Shown here: positions 43,211 through 54,637 of the stretch, piece by piece
How the letters are laid out: every line of letters begins with the position of its first letter
Numbering within the stretch: the stretch's first letter is position 1
Assembly (NCBI GenBank): GCA_003280965.1
Contig: QCDI01000006.1
Coordinates: 1-64,000 of the forward strand
Length of the DNA: 64,000 nt
Source: Prochlorococcus sp. AG-355-B18
GTDB lineage: Bacteria; Cyanobacteriota; Cyanobacteriia; PCC-6307; Cyanobiaceae
Direction: 5' to 3'
Notes under the pieces: model-generated
Databases searched by the model: none
Seen by the model: only the letters and a program-made list of their open reading frames with translations
What the model was told of the DNA's origin: nothing
Made by a program: the position numbers and the translations under genes

Positions 43211-44592
43211 TTTAATTTCTTTAATTTGCGGTATATGAACATTACTGCTCTCGCTAACCTTCTCGGATCATGTCTAAGAGTTGGGGTTATTCTTTTTGAA
43301 TATAATGGTGCCTGTAAAACATAATAACCTTCAGATAATAATTTTTCTTTATTACATTTAACAGGTTCTGCCCCTCTAGTTTCGTAATAGTCTACTAATG
43401 GAGACTTTTCAAATTGGACCTGAGATAAGATTGCGTTAAAGATTCTATTATTGACTCCAAAATTTGATAATTGCTTTTCTATTGATTTGATATGTTGATA
43501 AACATCAAGCCCATCCGTTTCCCCAGGTTGTGTCATCAAATTGCTTATGTAAATTTTAGGAGCATTGCTTTGCAATAAAGCGTCCACTATCTCTGGTACT
43601 AACAAATTAGGTAATAGTGAAGTATATAGACTACCTGGTCCAAGTATTATCAAATCAGCCTCTCTTATAGATTCTAGAGCACTTGAAAGAGCAGGAGGAT
43701 TTTCTGGAAGGTAACCAATCCTTGAAATTAGTTTTCTAGATTTGCTGATCTTGCTTTCGCCAAAAATTTTTTCACCATCCTCTAATTCGGCCCATAACAT
43801 AACATCAATATTTGTTGCCGGCAAAACTTGACCTTGTACCGCCAAAACTTTACTAGAGGCTTGAACTGCTTTTTCTAAACTACCTGTAATTGTTGTTAAA
43901 GCTGACAAGAATAAATTTCCAAAACTATGCCCCTCTAAACCACTTCCTCCTGAAAATCTATATTGAAATAATCTAGTTAAAATAGGTTCTTCGTTTGATA
44001 ATGCAGCCAAACAATTTCTAATATCGCCGGGAGGTTGGACGCCTAATTGTTTTCTAAGAATTCCACTACTTCCACCATCATCCGATACCGTTACGATTGC
44101 AGTAATGTTACTGCTGTAATTTTTTAAGCCTTTTAATAAAGTAGATAAGCCTGTACCTCCTCCAATTGCAACAATGTTAGGACCTCTATTTAATTTGCTC
44201 TTAACCCTTAATGCATCAACTAAAAATGTATTTTTTTCTGGAACAAGCGCTTTTTGAATAGAATTAATACTTCTATTTTGTCCAATCCCAATTAATAAAA
44301 GTCCAATAACAAAAATTAAAGGCCCCAATAATGAAACCGGCAAGATACTAGTTAAACCTGTCATTAACCAAAAAAATATTTCAATTAGCCAATAGAGTGG
44401 CCTCAAATTTGTCCAAATTGCAAGGCCTAATAATGTAGTTAAAAATCCTATTGCAGATGTAACCATCCATCTTTTAATGACCAGTCCTGGCAAAAGCCAA
44501 CTTAAAATTCTTACAATTTTGCTTAAAAAGACAAAATTAGATTTTTTAAAATTTTTATAATATCTTCTCACTCTTTTTTTACGCTTATTCAT
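43207..44592 (-). CDS. YvcK/CofD-like (UPF0052) protein with N-terminal membrane segments
   Basis: [35 protein letters not shown]. Confidence 0.92.
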   Translation of the reverse strand: MNKRKKRVRRYYKNFKKSNFVFLSKIVRILSWLLPGLVIKRWMVTSAIGFLTTLLGLAIWTNLRPLYWLIEIFFWLMTGLTSILPVSLLGPLIFVIGLLLIGIGQNRSINSIQKALVPEKNTFLVDALRVKSKLNRGPNIVAIGGGTGLSTLLKGLKNYSSNITAIVTVSDDGGSSGILRKQLGVQPPGDIRNCLAALSNEEPILTRLFQYRFSGGSGLEGHSFGNLFLSALTTITGSLEKAVQASSKVLAVQGQVLPATNIDVMLWAELEDGEKIFGESKISKSRKLISRIGYLPENPPALSSALESIREADLIILGPGSLYTSLLPNLLVPEIVDALLQSNAPKIYISNLMTQPGETDGLDVYQHIKSIEKQLSNFGVNNRIFNAILSQVQFEKSPLVDYYETRGAEPVKCNKEKLLSEGYYVLQAPLYSKRITPTLRHDPRRLARAVMFIYRKLKKLN

Positions 44593-44729
44593 TAAAACCT
44601 CTTAAATTATTTTTATCAATTTTAAAAAACGTCATAATATTCATTATAAATCAAATTCATACATCCTTTTTTTATTTCTAAAAATAGGCAAAATGTAATA
44701 GAAGATGAGTTTTCCCTTTCTTATAGATT

Positions 44730-45515
44730 TTGAAAAAATCCAAGCATGCAGTTGAAACCAAGAACCTCTCAATAAGTTGGGGAGCAATCAATGTTCTTGA
44801 TCAACTTAATTTTGAACTTAATGAAGGGGAGAAATTAGCTATAGTTGGACCTTCAGGTTCTGGCAAATCAACAATTTTAAAAATATTAGCTGGCCTGATA
44901 TTGCCTACCAAAGGGGAATTAAGAATTTTTGGTGAAAAACAAAAATATTTGAGACTAGATCAAAATAATCCTCCTGATGTAAGACTAGTTTTTCAGAACC
45001 CAGCATTATTAGGATCTTTAACTGTAGAAGAAAATGTTGGTTTTCTACTTAAGAGAAATAAAAACCTAACTAAAAAGTTAATCCATGAAATAGTAAGTGA
45101 ATGTTTAGCTGAGGTTGGATTATTTAATGTTGAGAAGAAACTTCCAAATGAATTAAGCGGAGGAATGCAAAAAAGGGTTAGTTTTGCTAGAGCTTTAATT
45201 ACTGATCAAACTCTCAATACAAATACTAAGCCTTTATTACTTTTTGATGAACCAACTGCAGGGCTTGATCCAATAGCCTCATCAAGAATTGAAGATTTAA
45301 TTAATAAGACAAATAATAAAGCCAACGGATCATCTATTGTGGTTAGCCATGTTCTTAGTACTATAGAAAGGACTTCAGATAAAGTTTTAATGCTTTACGG
45401 GGGCAAATTTAGATGGGCAGGTTCTATTGATAAATTTAAAGAGAGCAATGATCCCTATGTATTTCAATTCAGGCATGGGAAACTTGATGGTCCAATGCAA
45501 CCCAAAGACATTTAA
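44730..45515 (+). CDS. ABC transporter ATP-binding protein (MlaF/TGD3-like)
   Basis: GPSGSGKS, LSGGMQKRVSFARA, DEPTAGLDP; adjacent to MlaD. Confidence 0.92.
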   Translation: MKKSKHAVETKNLSISWGAINVLDQLNFELNEGEKLAIVGPSGSGKSTILKILAGLILPTKGELRIFGEKQKYLRLDQNNPPDVRLVFQNPALLGSLTVEENVGFLLKRNKNLTKKLIHEIVSECLAEVGLFNVEKKLPNELSGGMQKRVSFARALITDQTLNTNTKPLLLFDEPTAGLDPIASSRIEDLINKTNNKANGSSIVVSHVLSTIERTSDKVLMLYGGKFRWAGSIDKFKESNDPYVFQFRHGKLDGPMQPKDI

Positions 45516-45520
45516 AAATT

Positions 45521-46366
45521 ATGCGTAAAAGCTTACGAGATTCAATAGTTGGATTTTCCTTATTAGGAGGATTTTTAATATTCACATTTTTTTCTTTTTG
45601 GCTAAGAGGAGTAAGATTATCATCAAAAAATTGGCACCTCTTTGCTGAATTCAATAACGCAAGCGGTTTATCAAAAAAGTCTCCAGTTACTTACAGAGGA
45701 ATTTTAGTTGGATCAATAGAAGATATCTTATTTACTAATGAATCAATTAAAGCAAAAATAGTTTTAAACAATCCAGATATCATTCTTCCTAGGCCAACAT
45801 TTGCAAGAGTAGTAACCAATTCTTTTCTTGGAGGAGATGTGCAAGTCGCTTTAGAGACAAGCGAAAAATCATTGCCCAAAAATATTGAAAAACCTATATC
45901 CGAAAAATGCGATACCAAATTAATTATTTGTCAGGGAGATACTATCACAGGTAAACAACTATCAAGTCTCTCAAATATAACTAATAAAATCAGTCAACTT
46001 TTAAAAGACACAAATCAAGAAAACTTAATTGAAAACATCGTTAACTCAATTGACCAATTTGACAGAACACAAGAAAATCTTGATGAATTAATTTTTTTAT
46101 CAAAACAAGAACTAAAAAGAGTTGAACCTCTAATAAAAGAAATGGCAATTGCTGCCAATCATTTGAATAACATTTTGTCTACTATCGATGACGAAGAAAC
46201 CCTTAATGACATCAAATTGACAATTAATGCTGCTAGATCTATCTCAACCAAAATAGATGATATGAGTGATGATTTTGAAAAATTAACGCAAGATAAAGAA
46301 TTAACTAAATCTATAAGAGATTTAACGATTGGACTTTCAAAATTCCTTAACGAAATTTATCCCTGA
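45521..46366 (+). CDS. MlaD/MCE-domain lipid transport protein (Ycf22/TGD2-like)
   Basis: N-terminal TM, FNNASGL..SPVTYRGILVGSI, helical tail. Confidence 0.9.
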   Translation: MRKSLRDSIVGFSLLGGFLIFTFFSFWLRGVRLSSKNWHLFAEFNNASGLSKKSPVTYRGILVGSIEDILFTNESIKAKIVLNNPDIILPRPTFARVVTNSFLGGDVQVALETSEKSLPKNIEKPISEKCDTKLIICQGDTITGKQLSSLSNITNKISQLLKDTNQENLIENIVNSIDQFDRTQENLDELIFLSKQELKRVEPLIKEMAIAANHLNNILSTIDDEETLNDIKLTINAARSISTKIDDMSDDFEKLTQDKELTKSIRDLTIGLSKFLNEIYP

Positions 46367-46373
46367 GAAATAT

Positions 46374-48557
46374 TTAGAATTCATTTATAGCATTTAAAGC
46401 CATAGCTGCGATTGCTTTATCTGTGGCTTTTGGCAGTTGGACATATTTCCCTTGAGCTGCCTCTGCTAATTCTTTACCAAATCCGCTTGCTATAAATTTT
46501 CTCTCTGTGTCAATTACTAAGAGTTTTATACCAAGCATGGGATATTTTGCAGCGATATCTAGAACCTCCTGTTTTAAATTGACATTTTCATTTTCATTAT
46601 CTTTTCCCTCAACTTCATTTTGTCCTAGAGATACTCCTAATGGAACATTTCCTCGGCCATCGGTAATCCCAACAACAATCACTTGCCCTATATCTCCTGT
46701 TGCAAGAGCATTTTTTGCTACTTTTGCTGATTGTGTTAGTCCATGAGCCAAAGGCGATCCACCTCCACATGGCATCGTTTCTAGCCTTCTTTTCGCTGCA
46801 GTTATAGATCTTGTTGGAGGCAAAAGAACTTCTGCTTGGTTACCTCTAAAGGGAATAAGAGCTACTTCATCTCTATTCTCATATGCCTCAGTCAAAAGTC
46901 TGATAACTGCACCTTTAGCACTTTGCATTCTATTAAGAGCCATAGAACCACTAGCATCAACGAGAAAAATAACTAAAGCACCCGCCTTTTTTTGAAGAAG
47001 CTTTGCCCTAAAATCATTTTCTTCTATAACTATTGATTTATTAGGATTCCTTAATCTTCTCGATTTTTGATAAGGAGCAGCAGCTCTAAGGGTAGCATCT
47101 ACCGCAATTCTTTTTACTTTACCTCTTGGAATTATAGGTTTTACATATCTTCCTCTACTATCACTAAATATCACTGATCTACTTCCACTATTTCCTGCTT
47201 TTGCTTTAGCTGATGAAAAAAGTAATAAATCAGGATCGACCATACATGCCTCAGGATCTAGTATAAATTCTTCTGGTATTTCGGGAGTAGATTCCTCTTC
47301 TCCATCAGAATTATCTTCTTCTTGTTCTTGGTCCTGCTCATTATCATTTTCATTAGTATCAGGTTCAGACTCATCATTGTTTGATTGAGGTGGAGGTGGA
47401 GGACTCTGATCCTCTGGAGGGGGTGGTTGAATATCATCGTCGTCTGGAGGTATTTGCATTGCTCGTGGAAGAATAACTAACCTTACTGCGACTTTTAGGT
47501 CTTCAGAATTTACATTCTCATCGCCTCGAAGAGCTGCATTAGCCTTTGCTACTTTTACTGCAAATAATTCTGACCTATGTCCTTCTACTCCTCCCCTAAG
47601 AGCTTCATTCACTAAATAGGTTATTTGCTCTTTTGTTATCTTGACATCCTTTAACCATTGTCTTGCCAAAATTAATTGAGTAGATAAATTATCGGATTCT
47701 TCCGACCATTTCTCTGAAAATTTAATATTATTTTCTGCATGTGATAAAACAGATTTTGTAATCTCAACTCTTTGAGCATTATCAATAGATTGATCTGCCG
47801 AAAGCACAATAGCAAAACGATCTAAAACATGATCTCGTAAAGCACCTTCTTCAGGATTATAAGTTGCTATTAGAAGGGACTTACAAGGATGAGAGAGGCT
47901 CAAACCATCTCTTTCAATATTATTTTGCTCTCTTCCTATAGCTTCAAGAATTAAATTTACAATTCCATCATCCAACAAATTTATATCGTCTACATACAGA
48001 ACACCTCTATGAGCTTCTGCTAAAATTCCTGGCTGAAACACTTGTTCTCCCGTACTTAATGAGGCAGCGACATCAATTGACCCAACAAGTCTATCTTCAG
48101 TTATACCAATGGGAACTTGTACAAATGGTGCCTCTTTTACTTTTTTTGGAACTTCATCAATTTGATTCAAATAATCACTTCCAATTGTCTCCTCTAACAA
48201 TTTAATAGTACTAATATCCCATTCCTCTGGTTTATCTGGATCTAGGTTCCTACCAATAGGTCTTAATGAAGTATTACTATTTCTCTTAGATAGTGTTTCC
48301 AGTATTGATTCATTATCCAATACTTCTACAGGAGGGAGTAAAGTATGCAAACCCCTTGCTAATACTGACTTACCAGTACCTCTTCCGCCAGCGATAATCA
48401 CTCCTCCTAAACTCGGATCAACTGCTGCCAAAAGCAAAGATAATTTCAATAAGCTATGACCTGTAATAGCCGCCAAAGGAAAAGCTCTAAAAGAATCCTT
48501 TGAATTCATTAAATCTTTTATTTCTCCTTTTTCTTTTAACTCGGAGTTCAAAATCAC
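46374..48557 (-). CDS. chlD: magnesium chelatase subunit D
   Basis: GRGTGKS AAA domain, Pro/acidic linker, vWA DASGSM. Confidence 0.97.
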   Translation of the reverse strand: MILNSELKEKGEIKDLMNSKDSFRAFPLAAITGHSLLKLSLLLAAVDPSLGGVIIAGGRGTGKSVLARGLHTLLPPVEVLDNESILETLSKRNSNTSLRPIGRNLDPDKPEEWDISTIKLLEETIGSDYLNQIDEVPKKVKEAPFVQVPIGITEDRLVGSIDVAASLSTGEQVFQPGILAEAHRGVLYVDDINLLDDGIVNLILEAIGREQNNIERDGLSLSHPCKSLLIATYNPEEGALRDHVLDRFAIVLSADQSIDNAQRVEITKSVLSHAENNIKFSEKWSEESDNLSTQLILARQWLKDVKITKEQITYLVNEALRGGVEGHRSELFAVKVAKANAALRGDENVNSEDLKVAVRLVILPRAMQIPPDDDDIQPPPPEDQSPPPPPQSNNDESEPDTNENDNEQDQEQEEDNSDGEEESTPEIPEEFILDPEACMVDPDLLLFSSAKAKAGNSGSRSVIFSDSRGRYVKPIIPRGKVKRIAVDATLRAAAPYQKSRRLRNPNKSIVIEENDFRAKLLQKKAGALVIFLVDASGSMALNRMQSAKGAVIRLLTEAYENRDEVALIPFRGNQAEVLLPPTRSITAAKRRLETMPCGGGSPLAHGLTQSAKVAKNALATGDIGQVIVVGITDGRGNVPLGVSLGQNEVEGKDNENENVNLKQEVLDIAAKYPMLGIKLLVIDTERKFIASGFGKELAEAAQGKYVQLPKATDKAIAAMALNAINEF

Positions 48558-48593
48558 TTTAAAAATGCCTGATATAGAATTTATCCAATAACT

Positions 48594-49169
48594 TTGTTTT
48601 TTGTAGTGGAATTATCAAATCTTAATATCAAAAATGGACTATGTATATCCCTCGGAGCAAATATTGATAGTAAATTCGGAAGCCCTCTTGAGTCACTATT
48701 AATTTGCAAACCAAAAATAGAGGAAATAATAAATGAGTGGGGAGATAGTTCTAACAAAAAAAAAGAAGAGAAAAGCAAATTTCATGCAAACTTTTTCTGG
48801 TCTTCAATTTATGAGACATTACCCCATGGTGTTGAAAATGAGCAGCCAAATTATTTAAATACTCTATTACTTATAAAAAGTAATTCTTTTCCACAACCAT
48901 CAAATAAAAAAGCTAAATCACTTCTAAAAGAGCTAAAAAAGTTAGAGAGATTTTTCGGACGGGAAGAGACGCCAAAGGGCAAGAAATGGCTATCAAGATG
49001 TCTCGATTTAGATATTCTTTGGTGGGAAGATTTTCATACAGTTGACGAGGAATTAACATTGCCTCACCCTAGATTCATGAATCGGAATTTTGTTATTACG
49101 CCACTATCTGAAATCTTAAGTAGAAGCCAAAAAATCACAAAGTTTGATGTCCCAAAATGGTATATATAA
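48594..49169 (+). CDS. folK: 2-amino-4-hydroxy-6-hydroxymethyldihydropteridine pyrophosphokinase
   Basis: [31 protein letters not shown]. Confidence 0.9.
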   Translation: MFFVVELSNLNIKNGLCISLGANIDSKFGSPLESLLICKPKIEEIINEWGDSSNKKKEEKSKFHANFFWSSIYETLPHGVENEQPNYLNTLLLIKSNSFPQPSNKKAKSLLKELKKLERFFGREETPKGKKWLSRCLDLDILWWEDFHTVDEELTLPHPRFMNRNFVITPLSEILSRSQKITKFDVPKWYI

Positions 49170-49220
49170 ATGATTTACAAAACCAAAAAATAACTGTTAG
49201 GCTATTTTTATTTCAAAATT

Positions 49221-49784
49221 ATGGGCAATAAAAACCTTATAAGAAGATCAATTTTTAAAGAAAAAATATCTGAGTTAAAGTCAAAAAAATTTAGTTTCGA
49301 AATAAATAGAATTGAACTTCCAAATGGACATGAAGGTGAATATGGATACATTAAGCATCCTGGGGCAGCATTAGCCGTACCTATTACAAAAGACAATAAA
49401 GTTATCATTCTTCGGCAATATAGATTTGCTGTTTCAAGATATTTATTAGAATTTCCAGCAGGTACATTAGAAATAGGTGAAACACCTATTAATTCAATTC
49501 AAAGAGAAATACAAGAGGAGACTGGATTCAGTGCAAACAAATGGGATGAACTAGGAACTCTTGTCCCTGCTCCTGGTTATGCAGATGAAGAAATTTATTT
49601 ATTTTTAGCCCGTGATTTAAACAAACTCAATTCCGAGGTTAAAGGAGATTTAGATGAAGATATAGAAGTATTAATTTTAGATCCAGACAAACTAGATAAT
49701 CTTATTTCTAGTGGGGATGAAATTCTTGACGCAAAAACTGTGACGGCTTGGTTTAGAGCTAAACAATTTTTAGATAGATCATGA
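49221..49784 (+). CDS. Nudix hydrolase (ADP-ribose pyrophosphatase-like)
   Basis: Nudix box GTLEIGETPINSIQREIQEETG; QYR..LEFPAG. Confidence 0.9.
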   Translation: MGNKNLIRRSIFKEKISELKSKKFSFEINRIELPNGHEGEYGYIKHPGAALAVPITKDNKVIILRQYRFAVSRYLLEFPAGTLEIGETPINSIQREIQEETGFSANKWDELGTLVPAPGYADEEIYLFLARDLNKLNSEVKGDLDEDIEVLILDPDKLDNLISSGDEILDAKTVTAWFRAKQFLDRS

Positions 49785-51214
49785 ATAAACCTAGAATACT
49801 TTTTTGGCATAGAAAGGATTTAAGAATATTTGATAATAAAGCTTTAATCAAAGCATTTTCATTATCAAATGCTATTACTTCAACTTATATATTTGATAAA
49901 AATTACTCACACGATTTCAATGCAAGTTCGCGAGCTTGGTTTTTAGGAAATTCACTACAAGAATTAGGAAATAATTGGAAAAAAATGGGTAGTAGATTAA
50001 TTTTAAAAGAGGGAGATCCAATATTAATGATCCCTAAATTAGCAAAGAAAATAGATGCTAAATTTGTTTTTTGGAATAGATCAATTGAACCTTATGAGAT
50101 TAATCGCGATTTACAAATAAAAAAATTTTTAAAAGAACAAAATATTCAAGTAATTGAAACTTGGGATCACTTATTAGTAGAACCTTTAAAAATATTTTCA
50201 GGGAATAATAATCCTTATTCAGTTTATGGACCTTTTTATAAAAACCTTAAATCAAAAATGAATTTAATAGGTTCATATGAACAAGATAAAGTTGGTTTCC
50301 AGTTTAAAGATATAGATAAAAAACTCAAAGATAAGACAATAAATTCATCTGATTCGGTTCTAGAGAAATTTATCAAAAATATCAAATTTCCTGGTTCGAA
50401 TATTTGTCCATGTAGGCCTGGAGAGAATGCTGCAGAAACATTATTAGAAAACTTCATCAACGAAAAAAAAATATTTTCTTATAATTCTGCACGAGATTTT
50501 CCTTCCCATAATGGGACATCTTTTCTAAGTGCATCTCTCAGATTCGGCACTATCAGCATTAGAAAAGTTTGGAACGCCACATTAAATTTAAATTCAGATT
50601 TGGAAAATCAAGGAAATTGTCTATCAATTAAAACTTGGCAAAAAGAACTTGTTTGGCGTGAATTTTATCATCATTGCTTATTCCATTTCCCAGAGCTAGA
50701 GAAAGGTCCATATAGAAAAAAATGGGATCACTTTCCATGGCAAAACAATAATGAATGGTTTCAGCATTGGAGCAACGGAGAGACCGGAGTACCTATAGTT
50801 GATGCTGCAATGCGTCAACTAAATAGTACTGGCTGGATGCATAACAGATGTAGGATGATAGTCGCTTCATTTCTGGTAAAAGATCTTATATGCAATTGGC
50901 AAATGGGCGAGAAAAAATTTATGGCTACTTTAGTAGATGGAGACTTAGCTGCAAATAATGGGGGATGGCAGTGGAGCGCCAGTAGCGGTATGGATCCAAA
51001 ACCACTTAGAATTTTTAATCCATATACCCAAGCAAAAAAATTTGATCCTATTTGCGAATATATAAAATATTGGATTCCTGAATTATCTAAAGTGTCAAAT
51101 TCAGAATTATTAAATGGGGAGATATCTAATTTAGAAAAAAATAATTATTCAAGACCTATTGTCAATCACAACATACAACAAAGATTATTTAAATCACTTT
51201 ATGCTGAAATTTGA
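49781..51214 (+). CDS. phrB: deoxyribodipyrimidine (CPD) photolyase
   Basis: WHRKDLRIFDN, TSFLS..LRFG, WREFY, GWMHNRCRM, NNGGWQW, RIFNP. Confidence 0.95.
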   Translation: MNKPRILFWHRKDLRIFDNKALIKAFSLSNAITSTYIFDKNYSHDFNASSRAWFLGNSLQELGNNWKKMGSRLILKEGDPILMIPKLAKKIDAKFVFWNRSIEPYEINRDLQIKKFLKEQNIQVIETWDHLLVEPLKIFSGNNNPYSVYGPFYKNLKSKMNLIGSYEQDKVGFQFKDIDKKLKDKTINSSDSVLEKFIKNIKFPGSNICPCRPGENAAETLLENFINEKKIFSYNSARDFPSHNGTSFLSASLRFGTISIRKVWNATLNLNSDLENQGNCLSIKTWQKELVWREFYHHCLFHFPELEKGPYRKKWDHFPWQNNNEWFQHWSNGETGVPIVDAAMRQLNSTGWMHNRCRMIVASFLVKDLICNWQMGEKKFMATLVDGDLAANNGGWQWSASSGMDPKPLRIFNPYTQAKKFDPICEYIKYWIPELSKVSNSELLNGEISNLEKNNYSRPIVNHNIQQRLFKSLYAEI

Positions 51215-52404
51215 ATTTCCTTTATACAATTCTTTAAAACTTTATTTAAATTTTCTGCTACATAAACTTGCTCTTCATAAGAAATTTCAGGAAACATTGG
51301 AAGACTAAGAACTTCTGTACAAATTCTCTCTGTATTAATGAGTTTTGTTCTTGAAAAATTTTTATTTTTGTAAGCTATTTGTGCGTGTATTGGAATTGGA
51401 TAATAAATAATTGAATTAATACCTTTTTCAAAAAGTTGTTGTTTTACCAAATTTCTTAAGGAATAGTATTTTTTGCAATCAGTATCAAATAAATTTGAAA
51501 AATCTTCATTTAAAAAATATTTATCATTTCTTAATTTAATGACAAATTGATTCCAAGAATGGGAAATTGAATCAGAGCTAATTTTTGGAAAACTAATAAA
51601 TGGATTTTTTTCTAATAAATCAAGGTAATTATTAGCAATTTTTTGGCGATTATTAATCCACTTAGAAATATATTTAATTTTAATGTTTAATATGGCAGCT
51701 TGAATGGTATCAAGTCTGCTGTTATATCCAATTTGGGTATGATGATATCTTATTGGACTGCCATGAACAGCCAGTTCTCTAATTTTTTTTGCAATCTTCT
51801 GATCTGAAGTTGTTACTGCTCCACCATCTCCAGCAGCTCCTAAATTTTTAGTAGGGAAAAAGCTAAAACAGCCTATATCACCGATACTACCAACTTTGGA
51901 ATTTTCCCACATTGTGCATGTTGCCTGAGCACAATCTTCGATTACTTTTAAGTCATATTTCTTGGCCAAAGATTTTATTAAGGTCATATTCACTGCATTA
52001 CCAAATAGATGAACTGGCATAATTGCCTTGGTATTAGAATTTATTTCTTGTTCTATTAGTTCAGTATTAATGAGATAAGTTTCTGGATCTATATCTACCA
52101 AAACAGGATTAGCACCAACTGCACTAATAGCCTCTGCAGTTGCAAAAAAGCTAAAAGATGAGGTAATAACTTCATCACCCACACCAATATCTAATGCGCG
52201 CAAAGCCAAAACTAAAGCATCAGTCCCACTGTTACATCCAATAGTATTTTCAACACCAATCAGATTTGAAAAACTCTCCTCAAATTTGGCAATTTCTTGT
52301 CCTCCAATATACTGGCCCCCTTTTAAAACCTTAAAAACCTCACCTTCAACTTCTGAGCCAATTTCGTGGTACTGCCTATTTAAAGTAAATGGAGGTATCT
52401 GCAT
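51199..52404 (-). CDS. DegT/DnrJ/EryC1/StrS aminotransferase
   Basis: NSGTDAL, EDCAQA, SFFPTKNLG..GDGG. Confidence 0.93.
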   Translation of the reverse strand: MQIPPFTLNRQYHEIGSEVEGEVFKVLKGGQYIGGQEIAKFEESFSNLIGVENTIGCNSGTDALVLALRALDIGVGDEVITSSFSFFATAEAISAVGANPVLVDIDPETYLINTELIEQEINSNTKAIMPVHLFGNAVNMTLIKSLAKKYDLKVIEDCAQATCTMWENSKVGSIGDIGCFSFFPTKNLGAAGDGGAVTTSDQKIAKKIRELAVHGSPIRYHHTQIGYNSRLDTIQAAILNIKIKYISKWINNRQKIANNYLDLLEKNPFISFPKISSDSISHSWNQFVIKLRNDKYFLNEDFSNLFDTDCKKYYSLRNLVKQQLFEKGINSIIYYPIPIHAQIAYKNKNFSRTKLINTERICTEVLSLPMFPEISYEEQVYVAENLNKVLKNCIKEIQISA

Positions 52405-52457
52405 AGTAAATATATTAACCCTAAACCATAATTCTACGGGTAAAAATTTTTTTTAAT

Positions 52458-53051
52458 TCATTTAAACCAACTTGGTTCTTTACCAGGAGTCCATTTTATA
52501 TTGCAACCTAAAGAAGGTATCTGATTTGAAGGATAAGAATTATCTTGATTCAAATCTTTTACAGCAGAGCGCAAATCTTTTCCAGATAGAGGGATATTAT
52601 TTCCTGGTCTACTATCGTCTAATTGGCCATGATAAAACAATAAAAAATCACCATCTCCTTCATTTGAAAAAAGATAAAAATCAGGGGTGCAAGCCGCTTT
52701 TAATTCCTTAGCAAAATTTTGATTTTCATCGTAAAGATAAGGGAAACTCCATCCCTGTGTTTGTGCCTGTAATCTCAAATTTTTAGGAGAATCTGAAGGA
52801 TGAGTAATAATATCATTACTAGAAATCGCAACTGTTTGAACTGTATTTTCAATTTCTTTACTTAAGGTGAAAATTTGATTCTCAATATATTTAACAAATG
52901 GGCAATGGGCACAAATAAACATTAAAAGTAAATGCCGATTATCTAGATTATGAGAATTAAAATATTCATTTTTTGAGGAATTAGCATTTAACATTTCGAA
53001 ATTCGGTAATTGAAAACCTAATTCCAAAACCATAGAATTTGTTCTGACCAT
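52458..53051 (-). CDS. thioredoxin-fold/AhpC-TSA family protein
   Basis: FICAHCPFV, AACTPDF, GCNIKW. Confidence 0.9.
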   Translation of the reverse strand: MVRTNSMVLELGFQLPNFEMLNANSSKNEYFNSHNLDNRHLLLMFICAHCPFVKYIENQIFTLSKEIENTVQTVAISSNDIITHPSDSPKNLRLQAQTQGWSFPYLYDENQNFAKELKAACTPDFYLFSNEGDGDFLLFYHGQLDDSRPGNNIPLSGKDLRSAVKDLNQDNSYPSNQIPSLGCNIKWTPGKEPSWFK

Positions 53052-53156
53052 ATTTAAGGTTAATAATCTTTGATATTTGAAAATTATTGTATATTTTGCA
53101 GTAATCCGTAAAGATAGGTACTTTTATATAGGAGAATAATAGAAATAATAAACAAA

Positions 53157-53939
53157 ATGCTTCTTAATCTAACTGGCAAAAAAATTCTTGTTACAGGAAT
53201 TGCCAACAATCGTTCAATAGCATGGGGTATTGCTCAACAACTTTCACAAGCTGGCGCAGAACTAGGAATCACATATTTGCCTGATGACAAGGGAAGATTT
53301 GAATCTAAAGTTAGAGAACTAACTGAACCGTTAAACCCATCTTTATTTTTGCCTCTTGATGTGCAAAATCCAGCTCAAATTGAAGAGATATTTAAAAATA
53401 TAAAAAACAATTGGGGTCAAATTGACGGATTAGTTCACTGCTTAGCATTTGCGGGACGCGACGAATTGATTGGAGATTATAGTGCTACCACTTCAGAGGG
53501 TTTTGATAGGGCTCTTAATATAAGTGCGTACTCATTAGCACCTTTATGTAAAGCAGCAAAACCACTTTTTAGTGATGGTGCTGGAGTTGTATCACTGACC
53601 TATTTAGGGTCAGAGAGGGCTATTCCAAACTACAACGTTATGGGCGTTGCTAAAGCAGCTTTAGAAGCTTCAGTAAGATATCTCTCTGCAGAACTTGGTC
53701 CCGAAAAACAAGTCAGAGTTAATGCAATAAGTGCTGGACCTATTAGAACACTTGCGAGTTCTGCTATAGGTGGCATTTTAGATATGATTCACAATGTTGA
53801 AGAAAAGGCTCCTTTGCGCAGAACAGTCACTCAAACAGAAGTAGGTAATACTGCTGCTTTTTTATTAAGTGATCTCTCTAGCGGCATTTCTGGCCAAACA
53901 ATTTATGTTGATGCAGGTTACTGCATTAATGGAATGTAA
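53157..53939 (+). CDS. fabI: enoyl-ACP reductase
   Basis: [33 protein letters not shown]. Confidence 0.98.
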   Translation: MLLNLTGKKILVTGIANNRSIAWGIAQQLSQAGAELGITYLPDDKGRFESKVRELTEPLNPSLFLPLDVQNPAQIEEIFKNIKNNWGQIDGLVHCLAFAGRDELIGDYSATTSEGFDRALNISAYSLAPLCKAAKPLFSDGAGVVSLTYLGSERAIPNYNVMGVAKAALEASVRYLSAELGPEKQVRVNAISAGPIRTLASSAIGGILDMIHNVEEKAPLRRTVTQTEVGNTAAFLLSDLSSGISGQTIYVDAGYCINGM

Positions 53940-53958
53940 ACTAAGTTTTTTCATAAAA

Positions 53959-54564
53959 ATGTCATCTCCAAGGCAATCTGAAATAAAAAGAAAAACGAAT
54001 GAAACAGATATTTCTGTATTTATAAACTTAGATGGGAAGGGGATTTCTGAGATTGATACCGGGATACCATTCTTAGATCATATGCTTCATCAAATATCCA
54101 GTCATGGTTTGTTCGATTTAAAAATAAAAGCAATTGGAGATACCCATATTGATGATCATCATACAAATGAAGATGTAGGAATCGCATTAGGCAAAGCATT
54201 TTCAAAAGCTTTGGGAGAAAGAAAAGGAATAAGCAGATTTGGACATTTCTTTGCTCCATTAGATGAAGCATTAGTTCAAGTCACTTTAGACTGTTCTGGC
54301 AGACCACATCTATCTTATGATCTTCAATTAAAAGCTCCAAGAATAGGAAATTATGATACTGAACTAGTAAAAGAATTTTTTATTGCCCTTGTAAATAACA
54401 GCGGTATTACTCTGCATATTAATCAAATACAAGGTAGTAATTCACATCACATAGTTGAGGCTTGCTTTAAAGCTTTTTCAAGAGCAATGCGAATGGCTAC
54501 CGAAATAGATCTGAGAAGATCTGATTCAATTCCAAGCAGTAAAGGAATGCTAGAAAACCAATAA
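53959..54564 (+). CDS. hisB: imidazoleglycerol-phosphate dehydratase
   Basis: [29 protein letters not shown]; start set to ATG 53959. Confidence 0.97.
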   Translation: MSSPRQSEIKRKTNETDISVFINLDGKGISEIDTGIPFLDHMLHQISSHGLFDLKIKAIGDTHIDDHHTNEDVGIALGKAFSKALGERKGISRFGHFFAPLDEALVQVTLDCSGRPHLSYDLQLKAPRIGNYDTELVKEFFIALVNNSGITLHINQIQGSNSHHIVEACFKAFSRAMRMATEIDLRRSDSIPSSKGMLENQ

Positions 54565-54637
54565 AATAGGAATTTTTTCGAATCAGCCACAATTCAGTTG
54601 ATTTTTGGCGAAGATATACAAGAGTAATTATTTTGTT

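Noticed and set aside
47290..47460. Pro/Asp/Glu low-complexity repeat
   Set aside because: Normal ChlD linker
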